Source: Malacoraja senta (Eukaryota). Taken from it: a stretch of DNA of 64,000 nucleotides. The notes beneath the pieces are model-generated. The model had not been told where the DNA came from, did not search any database, and worked only from the letters and a program-made list of their open reading frames with translations. The stretch spans positions 7,504,001-7,568,000 of the forward strand of contig CM075990.1 in NCBI GenBank assembly GCA_038087875.1, written 5' to 3'. Both the position numbers and the translations under genes were made by a program. Of this stretch, positions 11,000 to 23,638 are shown piece after piece. Position 1 is the stretch's first letter. Every line of letters begins with the position of its first letter.

Positions 11000-13650
11000 T
11001 CACGGCATCACATGTTCAATTTGAGAGTTTGCTCTGAAGCTAGCGTTAAACAAAAACCATTACAGATGTATAAAAAGGAATAATTAGCGATAGAGCGTTT
11101 GGAAAATTGATAAAAAGCTAATACTAAGTAACTAATGGCAGCTCCAACTGCGAGGCACTTCATCATTCTCAATGGGTATATTCTACTGCGAAATAAAGAT
11201 GAACATAAGATGGACGATTCTCCTGTCATGAACTAAAGACATTAAGGATGGTAGCATGTTGAAAATAAAGGCATAAAGAAGAGTGATAGCCCAGAAGATT
11301 GGTGAGTTCTTAGGAATAAGCAAATATTGTTCCAAAACAATAAAGAAGAGGAAAATAAATTAAAAATAGGGCAACATGATATATAAAATCACACAGTAAG
11401 AATTTCCAGCGGTAAATAAATGGAAGGGGGAAAGATTTTATAGGAATTGGAGGGGTGACTTTTTCACACAAAGGACGGTGGGTATATGGAACAAGCGGCC
11501 GGAGGATGCATTTGAGGCAGGGACTATCGCATCATTTAAGAAGCAGTAGGACCGGTACATGCGTAGGATAGGTTTAGAGGGATATGAGCCAAACGCAGGC
11601 AAAAGGAACTAGTGTAGATGGGACATTTTGGTCGGTGTGGGCAAGTTGGGCTGAAGGGCCTGTTTCCACACCACGACTCTGACAGAATAGTTAGAGGAAT
11701 GAGGATGAAGAATTAATAGAAACATAGAAACATAGAAAATAGGTGCTGGAGTAGGCCATTCGGCCCTTTGAGCCATCACTGTCATTCAACATGATCATGG
11801 CTGTTCATCCAAAATCAGTACCCCGTTCCTACTTTCTCCCCATAATCCCTTGATATGGTTGGCCAAATCTAGAGCTAAATCTAACTCTCTCTTGAATACA
11901 TCAATTATAACTCCCAATAATAATGGGTGAACGAGGGAATGGTGGAGACTTCGAGTACTTTGTACCAGTCTTGATGATAGAAGAAGCTAATCAGCCCAAT
12001 GGTAATAGAAAATCTGGGTAAGTGTGGCTGAGGAAGACAAGTGTGACATTCGCTGGAAATGTTGGGGTTGCTGGAAACGCTGGAAAGGCTGACAGATCCC
12101 CCGCCCCTGACAGTGGATACATCGCTTGTGATCTTGCAACCTTCCCCAGAGTCCGACAGATGGAAAAATGCCAAATGCAGTCCGTGTTGAAGAAAGGTGG
12201 GAGACAGAATGCAAGATACTCAGGTGCACAAAATCAATATCAGTCGCAGGGTAAAATCACTTATTAAAAGAATAGGAGAGTAATTAGAAACTAATACGCA
12301 AACATATATTTTAATGAAACTGGCATCATTTTAATCAAAGTGTATTTGAACTCTCTGGATGTAAATACAAGGACGATAAAAAGGGACTGGTCAGGCAATA
12401 TCCCGACATTGCCAAAAGGATTAGATGTCACGTAGAAAGTTACTGCACAAGCCAAGAGCTCAAGGCATCACAAGTATTTTTTGGGGGGAAATGGTTTGTT
12501 CAACCGAGAAGATGCAGTGAGTCAGGGTCAATGGGTCACATTCAGATTGGCAGCCTGTAACTTGTGGAGTGACGCAGGAATCAGCGCTGAGCCACAACTG
12601 TTTACAGTCTGCCTCAGTGGCTGAGATGGCAGGAGTGAATGTGCTGTGGCCACATTTATTGAATATATAAAGTCGGGCGGGAAAGCAGGATGTGAGGCAG
12701 AAGCAGAGACCCTAGGATGCGATGTAGGCAGTTCAACAAATCGCCAGTTGAGGGAATTCACAGTCATATGTGATTGGAGCGGAATTGGGCCTTTCAGCCC
12801 GTCAAGTCTAATCCACCATTCAATCACAGCTGATCTATCTTTCCTCCAAACCCCATTCTCCTGCCTTCTCCCCATAACCCCCTGACACACGTACTAATCA
12901 AGAATCTATCTATCTATGCCTTAAAAATACCCATTGACGGCCTCCACTGCCTTTTGTGGCAATGAATTACACAGATTCACCACCCTCTGACTAAATAAAT
13001 TCCTTCTCATCTTGCTAAAGGAACGTCCTTTCATTCTGAGGCTACGACCTTTGGTCCTAGACTCCCCCATTAGTGGAAACATCCTCTCCACATCCATGCT
13101 GACCAGACCTTTCACTATTCGGTAAGTTTCAATGAGGTCCCCCCCTCATCCTTCTAAACTCTGGCGAGTTGAGACTCAGTGCCATCAATTTAACCCACTC
13201 TGGATGCTTTCAAGAGAGAGCTAGATAGGGCTCTTAAAAATAGCGGAGTCAGGGGATATGGGGTGAAGGCAGGAACGGGGTACTGATTGGGGATGATCAG
13301 CCATGATCACATTGAATGGCGGTGCTGGCTCGAAGGGCCGAATGGCCTACTCCTGCACCTATTGTCTATTGACTAATCCTGGGATCATTCTCGTAAACCT
13401 CCTTTGGGCCCTCTCTGATGCCAGCACATCCTTCCTCAGATATGGGGCCCACAATTGTTCACAATGTGAGGTTATCCACTTTAGCGGGAAAAGTGGTCAG
13501 AGACTGCTGAAAGCCGCTGTTCACAGGGATCTGTATGATCTTGTACACAACACAGAAAGTATGTACAGTGCCCAAGGAGGGCAACGGATGTGTTAGCCTT
13601 TATTGCAAAGGGGATGGAGAGGAAAGAGTGGAGAATTCTTCCTATGACAA
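11000..13650 (+). mobile_element. Ancient CR1 ORF2 relic carrying several younger CR1 insertions (11420-11685 +, 11718-11900 -, 12760-13460 -, 13200-13370 +)
   Basis: Remnants of DKSPGPD (12090), LFKKGGRQ (12185), GVPQGSVLGP (12565) and CEVIHF (13465) in collinear order. Confidence 0.65.
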
Positions 13651-13654
13651 CAAG

Positions 13655-13910
13655 TAGTTTTTAGCTTTGGAGATACAGTGCGGAAACATCCCTTCGGCCC
13701 ACCGAGTCCGCGCCGACCAGTGATCCCCCCACATTAACACTACCCTACACACACTTGGGACAATTTATATTTATACCAAGTCAATTAACCTACAAACCTG
13801 GACGTCTTTGGGAAACCAAAGATCTCGGGAAAAAACTCATGCAGGTCACGGGGAGAACGTGCAAACTCCGTACAGACAGCACCCCTAGTCGTGATCGAAC
13901 CCGGATCTCT
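13655..13910 (-). mobile_element. HE1-like SINE
   Basis: V-domain and tail on the minus strand; head truncated at a poly-G tract. Confidence 0.85.
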
Positions 13911-14439
13911 GGGGGAGGAGGGGGGGGGGGGGGGGAGTTATGGACCAGAGAGCCACAATAATAAAGTTATTTTTCTGCCAGATTAAAAAAAATATAGGTA
14001 TTTTTAATGGGTATAAATTTTATTTTTGTAAAGCAAAAAATACTAAAGACTATATGTTACATTGTTTAATATAGCATTGAAGAATGAACTAAAGACATTA
14101 AGGATATAGCCAATAGAAGCAATTGCTTGTCAGTTTCAATGGCCATCCACGGTTAAAGTAGCACTTGTGTTCTTAAAAGACAATGGAGTTTTTGATTGCT
14201 GCAGGGTGATTACATGGAGCAAGTTTTGTATCCCTTATACTGTTTAAATAGTAGACAGCTTTTTTTTCTGCTTGGCAATTTCCAAAGTACCTTTGAAGTG
14301 TTTCTCTCGTTCCCAATTGAAATCACGTTGCAACCAATTTGGCTTGGGTAAATATAAATCGTGATATCTAATTAATCACATATTCATGCTCCAGTTTCTC
14401 CCACAACCCAAATTCACGCTGGTTTGATTGATTGAATTA

Positions 14440-14712
14440 ATTGAAAATTACAGCATGGAATCGTCGATCACCCATTCACACTAGTTCTATTCATCCCATT
14501 TTTGAATCCACTCTGTGCACACTAGAGGCAATTTGCAGAGGTCAATTAGCCGACAAATCTGCACGTCTTTGGAGGGTGGGAGGAAACCGGAGCACCCGGA
14601 GGAAACTCACGCAGTCACAGGGAAAACGTGGAAACTCCACTCATGGAGATCAGCATTGAACCTGGGTCCTTCACGCTGAGGCAGCAACTCTACCAGCTGC
14701 ACCACTGTGCTG
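14440..14712 (-). mobile_element. HE1-like SINE (older)
   Basis: tRNA-like head and V-domain. Confidence 0.8.
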
Positions 14713-15036
14713 CTCTGATTAGCAGATTACTTGTCCTCCGCAAATCACTGCTTCGTGTTAGTAAGCGGCAAAAAATAATCAAAGGTGAGTTGATTTGAGT
14801 TATGACAGAAAATACGGCTCCAGGGAAATAAGAAGAAGGGGAATGGGACTGATGGGATTGCCCTCCTGAGAGGCAGCACGGATCTGATGGGCTGAATGGA
14901 CTCCTGCCGTATTCTAACAAGTACGCAAGAAAGGTTATGGACTTGAACCTGAACACTCTATTTGCCACTACTGAGATTCTACTTGACTTGCTGAGTATTT
15001 CCAGCGAGTTCTGTTTGTATTTAGAGTCCCAGCATC

Positions 15037-15322
15037 TTTAGAGATACAGAGTGGAAACCGGGCCCTTCGGCCCACCGAGTCTGTGTGGACTAACGAGCAC
15101 CCCACACGGGAGCACTATCCTACACACACTAGGAACAATTTACAATTTACAGAAACCAATTAACCGGCAAACCTGTACGTCTTTGGAGTGTGTGAGGAAA
15201 CCAGAGCACCCGGAGAAAACCCACGTGGTCATAGGGAGAACGTATAAACTCAATACAGACAGCACCCGTAGTCAGGATTGAACCTGGGTCTCTGGCACTG
15301 TAAGGCAGCAACTCTACCGCTG
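15037..15322 (-). mobile_element. HE1-like SINE
   Basis: Tail, V-domain, B box; rearranged 5' junction (see findings). Confidence 0.9.
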
Positions 15323-16829
15323 CCTTACAGTGCCAGAGTACAATTTACAATTTACAGTACATTTTTTTTGCTTGTTAAGGAAAATATATTCAAATGGTTT
15401 AGCACAGGATTGTCAAGATTCCATCAGTTCCAAGTGAACTTGCTCCGTGTTGCCATGACGACTCGTGTCCTGTATCTCCACTCATGCCAGGGGAAGTCTT
15501 ATTGGGTCCATTCATCGAGCGAGGTGCTCCCTTTCACACATCTGTAATGGGTATCGGAAGCACCCGTGGAGTCTTGCTGCACACAAACGCGCTGCCTATT
15601 TTGCCTGCGATTCCACAGCGTTGAAACTTCAGATATAATTGGGTCGTGTGAAACTACGTGGGAAGTGGTGAGTAGGTGAAAGTTTTGAACAGACTCCAGC
15701 ATCTTTCACACTCTTGCAAACAATGGATTGAATTTGATTTTAACGAACCAATAACATGATCTGGGTGTTCCTCATATCCTTCGGGGAGATTAAACATTCT
15801 CAAACCCACCCGATATATTATATTGAGTCACAGTCACGTACAAATGTCATATTCATACAACTCCAAACAGCAAAACTCCAATAATCCCGAAACCTCTGGA
15901 GGTTGGCAGCTGGTTTTCAGATTGTTGGATGTAAATCTTATTGATGCAATTGTATTTCCCCTTTTCTTTACGTATTACATTGTAACATAATACATTTCCC
16001 AACGGGCCTGGTTTGTTTAAAGGATGTGGGAAATCTACAAGCACTCCAGAATCATCTGCAAACCACTCGACATTTCTGTCACAAGATGACACAAAGTGGG
16101 TCAGGCGGCATCTCCGGTGAACATGGATAGATAACATTTCTTCAGACCCCAAACGCCACCTATCTATGTTGGCCAGAGTTGCTGCTGGACTGGACCCTCT
16201 GAGTTACTCCAGCGCTCTGTCTATTTTTGTAAACCAGCATCTGCAGTTCCTTGTGTCTCCACTTTTCTGACCCCTGGTGCTCGGGACCCTAACCCCAGCT
16301 CTGTCTGTAGCCTCGATTGCACTTTGAACTCCTGGTTCATATTCCAGACTTATGAGTGAATCAGATGCTTACTATCAGGATGTCATAGCGGACACACAGC
16401 ATGGAAACAGGCCCTTTGGCCCAACTAGCCCACATCGACCAACATGTCCCATCCACACTAGTCCCACCGACCTACATTTGGCCTATATTCCTCCAAACAT
16501 ATACCTGTCTAAATGTTTCATAAACTTAAATGTCCAAATAAGTAGATGCTGTATTAGCAGAGTTTTATTGGATATGACTGAGAGCATCCATAACTGATGC
16601 ATATACATGCTTATTGTAATTCCCAAGGTTTATTACTTTGCTCTTTCATCAGTTCAATCGGCGCAAATAATATTCAGATAAACATCCCCATTCGTGAATT
16701 TTCTGGATACCTTTCGTGAAACATTGCAGAATTGGCAAAGTCTACATTCATTCTCCAGATGTCCATGAATTTTCTGTTATCCGCCACTTTAAGTCTCCAT
16801 CCCACTCCTCACTGGACCCTCACAATGAC

Positions 16830-17660
16830 TATTCACAGGTTAAAGGTCATGTGTGTGTGTATGCTTATAACATTAGCATACCCCTTCCAATAGCCGGCAA
16901 TTTTTTAAACTCCTCTCTTCCCGACTCTTATAGTCAATGCCATGACGGATAAAGGCAAAGCATACCATATGCTTTATTCATCACTCTATCTTCTTGTGTT
17001 GCTACTTTCAGAGAGCTGTGAATTTGGACCCCAAGATCCTTAAAGAACTCAGCCAAGTTTGGAAGATATGACCCAAATGCGAATCAATTCCTCCTTGGTG
17101 AATACCAATAACAAATACTCATTTACTAGCTCACCTACATGCTCTGACTCCAAGTATAAATTTCCTTCTTTATCCTTGACAAGTCCTACCTTCTCCCTCG
17201 CTATCCTATTGATTTTAATGTGTGTATACAATGCCTAGGGTCCTCTTTAATCTTACGTGTGCAAAGGCATTTCTTGGTCTCTTTTGGCCCTCCTAATTCC
17301 CTGGGGCTTTTTCAATCCTGCTTTCTTTGCATTCCTCAAAGATCCAACCTGATTGCATCCTCGTAAAACTCACATATGCTGCCTTTTTGACCAAGTTTAC
17401 AACCTCTCTCATTATCCAAGGTTCTCTCGCCACATGCCTTCCTGAATTCTGATCAGCAGCTTTAATATTTCCACATGTCCAATGTGGACATGTTCAATAA
17501 CGCCTGCTCCCAACTTACTCTTCCTAGCTCCTGCCTGTTCATGTTAGTTAGCTTCCCCTCACTTTAGTATTTACTCCAAGGCCCAGACTTATCCTTTTCC
17601 ATAACTATCTTAGTACTTGTGATCGCTGTTCCCAAACGGCTCTCCGACTGAAACACCAAT
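16830..17660 (-). mobile_element. Old CR1 ORF2 fragment(s)
   Basis: ORF 17049-17231 REKVGLVKDKEGNL...LVNEY...VFTKE resembles the CR1 EN-RT linker. Confidence 0.7.
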
Positions 17661-18154
17661 GATTCAAGGATACTTTACCTTCACATGTACTGAGGTACAG
17701 TGAAATTTTGTTTGCATACATTTTAGTACCATATTAATAAACAAGCACATCTTAGGTACAGTGCAAGTGCATATAAAGTGTATACTGAGAGTATACAAGA
17801 TTGGCCATGTTTGGCGCCATTTTCAGATCTCAGTTGTTGTAAATGCAGAGTTCTTAACCTGGCCATGAAGGCTCGTTGTCCTGGTGGCGTTGCAGGGTCA
17901 GCCTGGCCAAGCGTAGCCATTGGTGTCCTCCACTGCTGCTCCACCACTCTGTCACGTCCGGTCCACCTCTCGGTCTCTTGGAGTAGTCACTTGGTCAGGC
18001 CAATACAAGGTCCAGTTTGGTCACTCCTCCAGTTGAACTATGTATTCACTGCCTCAAGAAACTCTCTTGGATGTATCTGACGAATTCTACCCTTGTCTAT
18101 GCCTCTTGTACTAGGGAAGTCCCAGTCAAATTGCTGTTTAGTTCATCCATCGTC

Positions 18155-18448
18155 GTGCGTACATTGAAAAGCTTTTGTTGCGGCAAGATAATACATGATT
18201 ACAATCGAGCCAGTCACAGAGTATAGATACCTGATAAAGGGAATAACGTTTAGTGCAAGCGAAAGCCTGTAAAGTCCGATCAAAGATTGTCCGAGGGTCT
18301 CCATTGAAGTAGATAGTAGTTCAGGACTGCTCTCTAGTGGTGGAAAGATGGTTCAGTTGCCTGATAACAGCTGGGAAGAAACTGACCATGAATCTGGAGG
18401 TGTGTGTTTTCACACTTCTATACTTTTTGCCCGATGAGAGAGGGGGAT
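18155..18448 (-). mobile_element. Rex1/Babar-type LINE 3' fragment
   Basis: Minus strand encodes PLSSGKKYRSVKTHTSRFMVSFFPAVIRQLN (Rex1-type C-terminus) followed by 3'UTR. Confidence 0.75.
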
Positions 18449-18904
18449 GCCTGGATTAGAGGATGCTCTCAACAGGGAGGGAGCAGTCCAAGATGGGTGT
18501 CTCTGGAACGCTAGGGGTTGTGCGGAGATCTGATAGAAGTATATAAAATTATGTCTCTAGTGTGTTGGATAGTGCAAGTATACGGAGGTCGCTGGTCGGC
18601 ATGGCCTCAGTTGGGACAAAGGGACGATTGCCGGATTGTATCTCTAAACTCAACTAAACTCAACTAACTCTGTGTGTTGGCTAATGTACAGTTTAACTTG
18701 GCGCTATTGTCAGCACAGTGGTCGTAGGTTGAGGAACCTGCTCCAGTGCTGTACTATTCTGTTCTGTTTATATGCAGCATTCACATTCATATCTCATTTC
18801 CAGCAAGCACTGTGTGAGATGCAGAACAGAAAAGTTGCTGAAATAAAAGGGAATGCCGGAAATATACGGCTGGTCTGGCAGCACCTGTGGTGAGAGGATC
18901 TGAT

Positions 18905-19422
18905 GAAGGGTGTGCTGGCTCTGCAGCGGGTCCAGAGGAGGTTTACAAGAATGATCCCAGGAATGAGTGGGTTCACATATGATGAGCGTTTGGCGACACT
19001 GGGCCTGTACTCGCTGGAGTTTAGATGAATGAGAGGAACCTCATTGAAACATACAGAATAGTGAAAGGCTTGGATAGTGGATGTGGAGAGGGTGTTTCCA
19101 CTAGAGGGAGAATCTAGAACTAGAGGTCATAGCCTCAGAATTAAAGGACGTTCTTTTAGAAAGGAGATGAGGAGGAAGTTCTTTAGTCAGTGGGTGGTGA
19201 ATCTGTGGAATTCTTTGCCACAGAAGGCTATGGAGGCAAAGTCAATGGATATTTTAAGGCAGAGATAGATAGATTATTGATTAGTACATGTGTCAGAGGA
19301 TATGGGGAGAAGACAAGAGAATGGGGTTATGATGGAGAGATAGATGAGCCATGAATGATTGCTGGAGTAGACTTGATGGGGCAAATGGCCTGATTCTGCT
19401 CCTATTCCTTATGACCTTATGA
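18905..19422 (+). mobile_element. CR1 (HER1-like) 3' fragment
   Basis: VQRRFTRMIPG; ESRTRGHSLRIKG; VVNLWNSLPQK; tail. Confidence 0.9.
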
Positions 19423-20084
19423 TTTTTTGTGAGCACCACAGGGTTAATGTTAAAGGGGGATGACCAGTTGTGGCATAAACAGCAAAGGCTGGTTAAATGA
19501 AATTGTTGAAAGCCCAGTGATAAGTCCTGCAGACTGCAAGTTGACAGGGAGGAAGATGAACGGCTGCTTCTCAAGCATGCTGGGCCTTTGTGTGTGAATG
19601 AGTTTGGAGAGCAGGCCACAATAGATGCTCATTGTTTGCAGAATCACTGGTACTCTGTATCAATTAGCAGGCTTAAAGGAAGACTGCAGCCAATTAACAT
19701 TGCAGTTGTGAATAATCTACTTGCATTGTTCGATTGAAATAAATACAAACATATCTAATGGTTTGGAAAGAGCAGTGTTGAACAGTTCCACCAAGCACAA
19801 CAAATCAAGTAGGCCATCTCTAAGCAGAGCTGCCTGTTTAACTTCTCTCTGTTAAATAGGTATTTTTAGAACCATCTGTCTTCCTGTTGTTCTTTGTTTT
19901 CTGTGGTAGCAGTTCCCTTTGCCCTGAGTGCAGAGAGCGGGCCTTGCTCTGTGGGTGATGGGTGCAAATGTTGGAATGTGAGTCACGTCTGGCAGTGATC
20001 CGCAAGGTACAAGTTGGGAATGGGATGGTCATCAACTAAGACATCGGACCAGTCAATTCCACCACCGATCGAACGCAGATGTAG

Positions 20085-20397
20085 TATTAGTTTCTTGATG
20101 CAGCGCGGAAACAGGCCCTTCGGCCCACCGACCAGTGATCCCCGCACATTAACACAAGCCTACACACACTCGGGACAATTGACACTTATACCAAGTGTAC
20201 AAACCCAAGCCAATTAACCCACAAACCTGCACGTCTTTGGGATGTTGGATGAAACCGAAGATCTCGGAGAAAACCCGCGCAGGTCACTTGGGGAGAACGT
20301 ACAAATTCCGTGCAGACAGCACCTGTAGTCGGGATCGAACCCGGGTTTCTGGCGCTGTAAGCGCTGTAAGGCAGCAACTCTACCGCAGCGCCACTGC
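20085..20397 (-). mobile_element. HE1-like SINE, anticodon-duplication subfamily
   Basis: Full head and V-domain; GCGCTGTAA tandemly duplicated. Confidence 0.9.
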
Positions 20398-21617
20398 AAA
20401 ACAACATTTGGTGTGCACTTCCCTAGATTCAGTGAAACAGGCCTTTTGGCCCATTGCATCCATGCTGACCCTTGTGCCCATCCATACTAATCGCATTTAC
20501 CAGCTCTTGGTCCGTAGCCTTTGGTGCCTCACCCATTCAAGTTCAATGCAAAACACAAAGTGCTGGAGGAACTCAGGAATGGTCCTAACCTGAAACGTCG
20601 TCTATCCATTCCCTGCACTCAAGCTGCCTGACCTGCGGACTTCCTCCAGCACTTTGTTATTTGGGTCAAGATTCCAATATCATCTAGTGTCTCCATTTCA
20701 AGTTATCATCAGCTGTGAGAGGTACCTGCCTCTGTCAACTCCTCTAGAAATGCGATCCAGTTTGCACATTCTCCCATGTGCTCTCGTGGGCTTCCTCCTG
20801 GGGCTCCAGATTCCTCCCGAAATCCCAAAGACACGCGGGCGGGTAAATTGGTCACTGCAAATCAATCGGAAGGTGCAGGTGAGTAGTGGGGCATCTGGGA
20901 GAGGAGCTGGAGAATATGGGGAAAGACAAGGGAAAGGGAAGATTGCACGGGAGTGCTCGACGGTCGGTGTGGACTCAATGGACCATAGGGCCTGTTTCGT
21001 GAGCTGCAAAAGTCTGAGAATGAAGTGATCAAAGCAAGGAGTCACACTGACTCAAGGCACTGGCGTCACTTTACATCTGGGCACCAGGCACAGCTGGAAC
21101 TGCTGCCTCTTGCTTGCTGAGCGTTAATGGCAGCGTTGCTTTTCAATCTGACACTTGCACGGAGGCAGGAGAATGGGGTTAGGAGGCAGTGCCTTCTCTC
21201 TCCTTTTTCATGTCCATCTTCCATGTTTCAAATGTTCACGTCGCTGTCATCGTCTGTCCTGAAAAGGACGCAAGCTTCCGGCGACAATCAGTGCGAGCCA
21301 TCACTTGTTGCAATAGGGAGTGATCGATCAGCCATGATTGAACGGCAGAGTGGACGATGGGACGAACGGCCTAATTCTGCTCCTATCAGTCATGGACCTA
21401 TTTGTTCCTATTATCAAGAGTCATAGTTGACCAGGTTTTGGATTGTTTGCCCGTTCCCAGGGAACATGAGCTCGGTTTCCACTATAGTGAGGGAGGTGCT
21501 GGAGCACGAGAGGAACCAAAGTCTTGTTTGATGGACCCAAGTCTAGGGTCAGCCTTGATTCTACAACCTGTGAGTTGATATTGCTTCATTATTCTCATGT
21601 GTACTAAAATAGTGAAA

Positions 21618-21980
21618 AAGATAGACACAAAACGTTGGAGTAAATCAGCGGGACAGGCAGTATCTCTTCTTCCTCTTCTTGCGTATGGCGTGCACAGCCT
21701 AAAGTTGTAGGACAACTTGTTCTATTTGATCTTATTTGATTGTGCACGCCAGGTTGATTGCATTCGTCGAAACAGGGCGGACCACGTGAAGGTTGCAATC
21801 TCCCACCCCAGGCAGTATCTCTGGAGAGAAGGAACGAGTGACATTTCGGGTCGAGACCCTTCTTCAGCCCCGAAACGTCACCCATTCCTTCTCTCCGGAG
21901 ATGCTTCCTGTCCCGCTGAGTCGCTCCAGCATTTTGTGACTATCTTCGGTGTAAATCAGCATCTGCGGCTCCTCCCTACA
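21618..21980. mobile_element. Fold-back PLE repeat dimer containing a nested insertion
   Basis: Inverted arms around GACATTTCGGGTCGAGACCCTTCTTCAG / CCCGAAACGTC. Confidence 0.8.
21668..21808 (-). mobile_element. Short non-LTR retrotransposon 3' end (Vingi/Ingi-like, tentative)
   Basis: 14-bp TSD CAGGCAGTATCTCT (21654-21667, 21809-21822); minus-strand end GCCATACGCAAGAAGAGGAAGAA. Confidence 0.5.
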
Positions 21981-22144
21981 GAAAATGGTGAACAACTTTG
22001 TCTTGTGTGTTATTCCAGTCAGATCAAACCGTACATGAGCACAGCAGGCAGTGCAAATGAGAAAATAAACAGTGCAGAACGCAGTGTGGGGCTACAGGGA
22101 AACACGTGTGAGCGCTACATCCATGTCCCTTCTTTGGAGACCCT

Positions 22145-22440
22145 TTAGACTTTGGAGATGCAGTGCGGAAACTGGCCCTTCAGCCCACTGAGTCCGTGCC
22201 GACCAGCGATCACCCCGTACACTAGCACTATCTAACACACTAGAGACAGTTTTACAATCTTACCTAAGCCAATTAATCTACAAGCATGCACGTCTTTGGA
22301 GTGCGAGAGGAAACCGGAGCACCTGGAGAAAACCCATGTGGGTCACAGGGAGAACTGTGTCTAGACAGCACCCGTAGTCGGGATCAAACCCGGGTCTCTG
22401 AGGCTGGAAGGCATCAACTCTACCGCTGTGCCACTGTGTC
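22145..22440 (-). mobile_element. HE1-like SINE
   Basis: Head, V-domain, tail. Confidence 0.9.
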
Positions 22441-23061
22441 ACCTGAGCAAACATCTTGACATCTCAAGCACCTTTAGGATTTTGGATATTTCAATAAGAT
22501 CATTCCCCGGCCTTCCATACGCCAGTTAATCTGTTGCATTTTTCTAATTGTTTCCTGTGAAATTTCCCTTGGTGGAAAGAATGAATTCAATATGCAAACA
22601 ATATCAGACAATGGGCCATCTGCAAGGGTAGCAAAAAGAAGGAATATAATTCTGCTAAATATCCTACCGAGAGTGCAATATGTGGGACTACACTTCGAGC
22701 CAAATTGGCTCTGCACGTATTGAAAAACGACTCAAAATTCACAGCCGAACAACCCTTGACATCAGCTGCCAGAGATTTTTTGTTGTTGTAACCTTTTTAT
22801 TCAAGACATCTGAAGTTCCAGGTGCCAATCGCAATATACAAGTATGTGAGACCGCTGTGAATCTCAGTGTGGAGTCCACCTTGAATAAGATCACCATGTC
22901 AAGACATCTCTGAGAATTAACTCTGAACTTGGTGAATGGAACGGCAACGATGCTTTGAGGGGATAAAAAGCATCTCAACCAGCTACAAAATGTTCACACT
23001 GAGAGTAGGGAACTTGAGAGAGAGAGAGAGTGGAGTGTGGCGATTTTCCAGTGAATCTTAA

Positions 23062-23380
23062 TGGGCCTGTCCCACTTGTGCGATTTTTTTCGGCACCCGT
23101 CATAGTCACAGCCGGTCGCCGAAAATGTTCAACATGTTGAAAATCCAGCAGCGACCAGAACAAGGAACGACTCTTTGGGCGACTACTCACGACCATACAG
23201 GCTTCACCCCACAACATGTTGCAGTATGGTCGTGAGTAGTCTCCTCAGTCGCCCATAGAGTCGTAGCATCTTACTGGTCGCCGCTGAATTTTCAACATGT
23301 TGACAATTTTCGGCGACCTGCAACGACCTATGACGGGTGCCGGCAGTTGTTGAAAAAGTTGCAAAAGTGGGACAGGCCCA
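23062..23380. mobile_element. PIF/Harbinger-type MITE, almost fully palindromic
   Basis: 16-bp perfect TIR TGGGCCTGTCCCACTT; flanks TAA/TCA; internal arms imperfectly complementary nearly to the centre. Confidence 0.85.
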
Positions 23381-23407
23381 TCAGACGCATACACGGGTCC
23401 TTCTTGT

Positions 23408-23638
23408 CCCCAGTGTAGGTCTCTCTATAAGGGAGTCCTCCTCCTTTACATCGGGGAGCTGGGGTGGAGAGTGTTGCACTGAGCAGTGGTGTGCCGTAGA
23501 TACTTAAGTCGATTCACGGACTCGCCAGCCGCCGGTCACTTCTGCGGTGAGGAAGAGACTGTGTTCCATGCGTATATGGAGTGTGAGAGGTTGCAGACTC
23601 TGCATGAGTATCTGAAGGGGCTGCTCCTCAAGTTGCGG
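23408..23638 (+). mobile_element. Tx1-like (L1 clade) ORF2 zinc-finger region fragment
   Basis: Translates PQCRSLYKGVLLLYIGELGWRVLH*AVVCRRYLSRFTDSPAAGHFCGEEETVFHAYMECERLQTLHEYLKGLLLKL. Confidence 0.8.
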
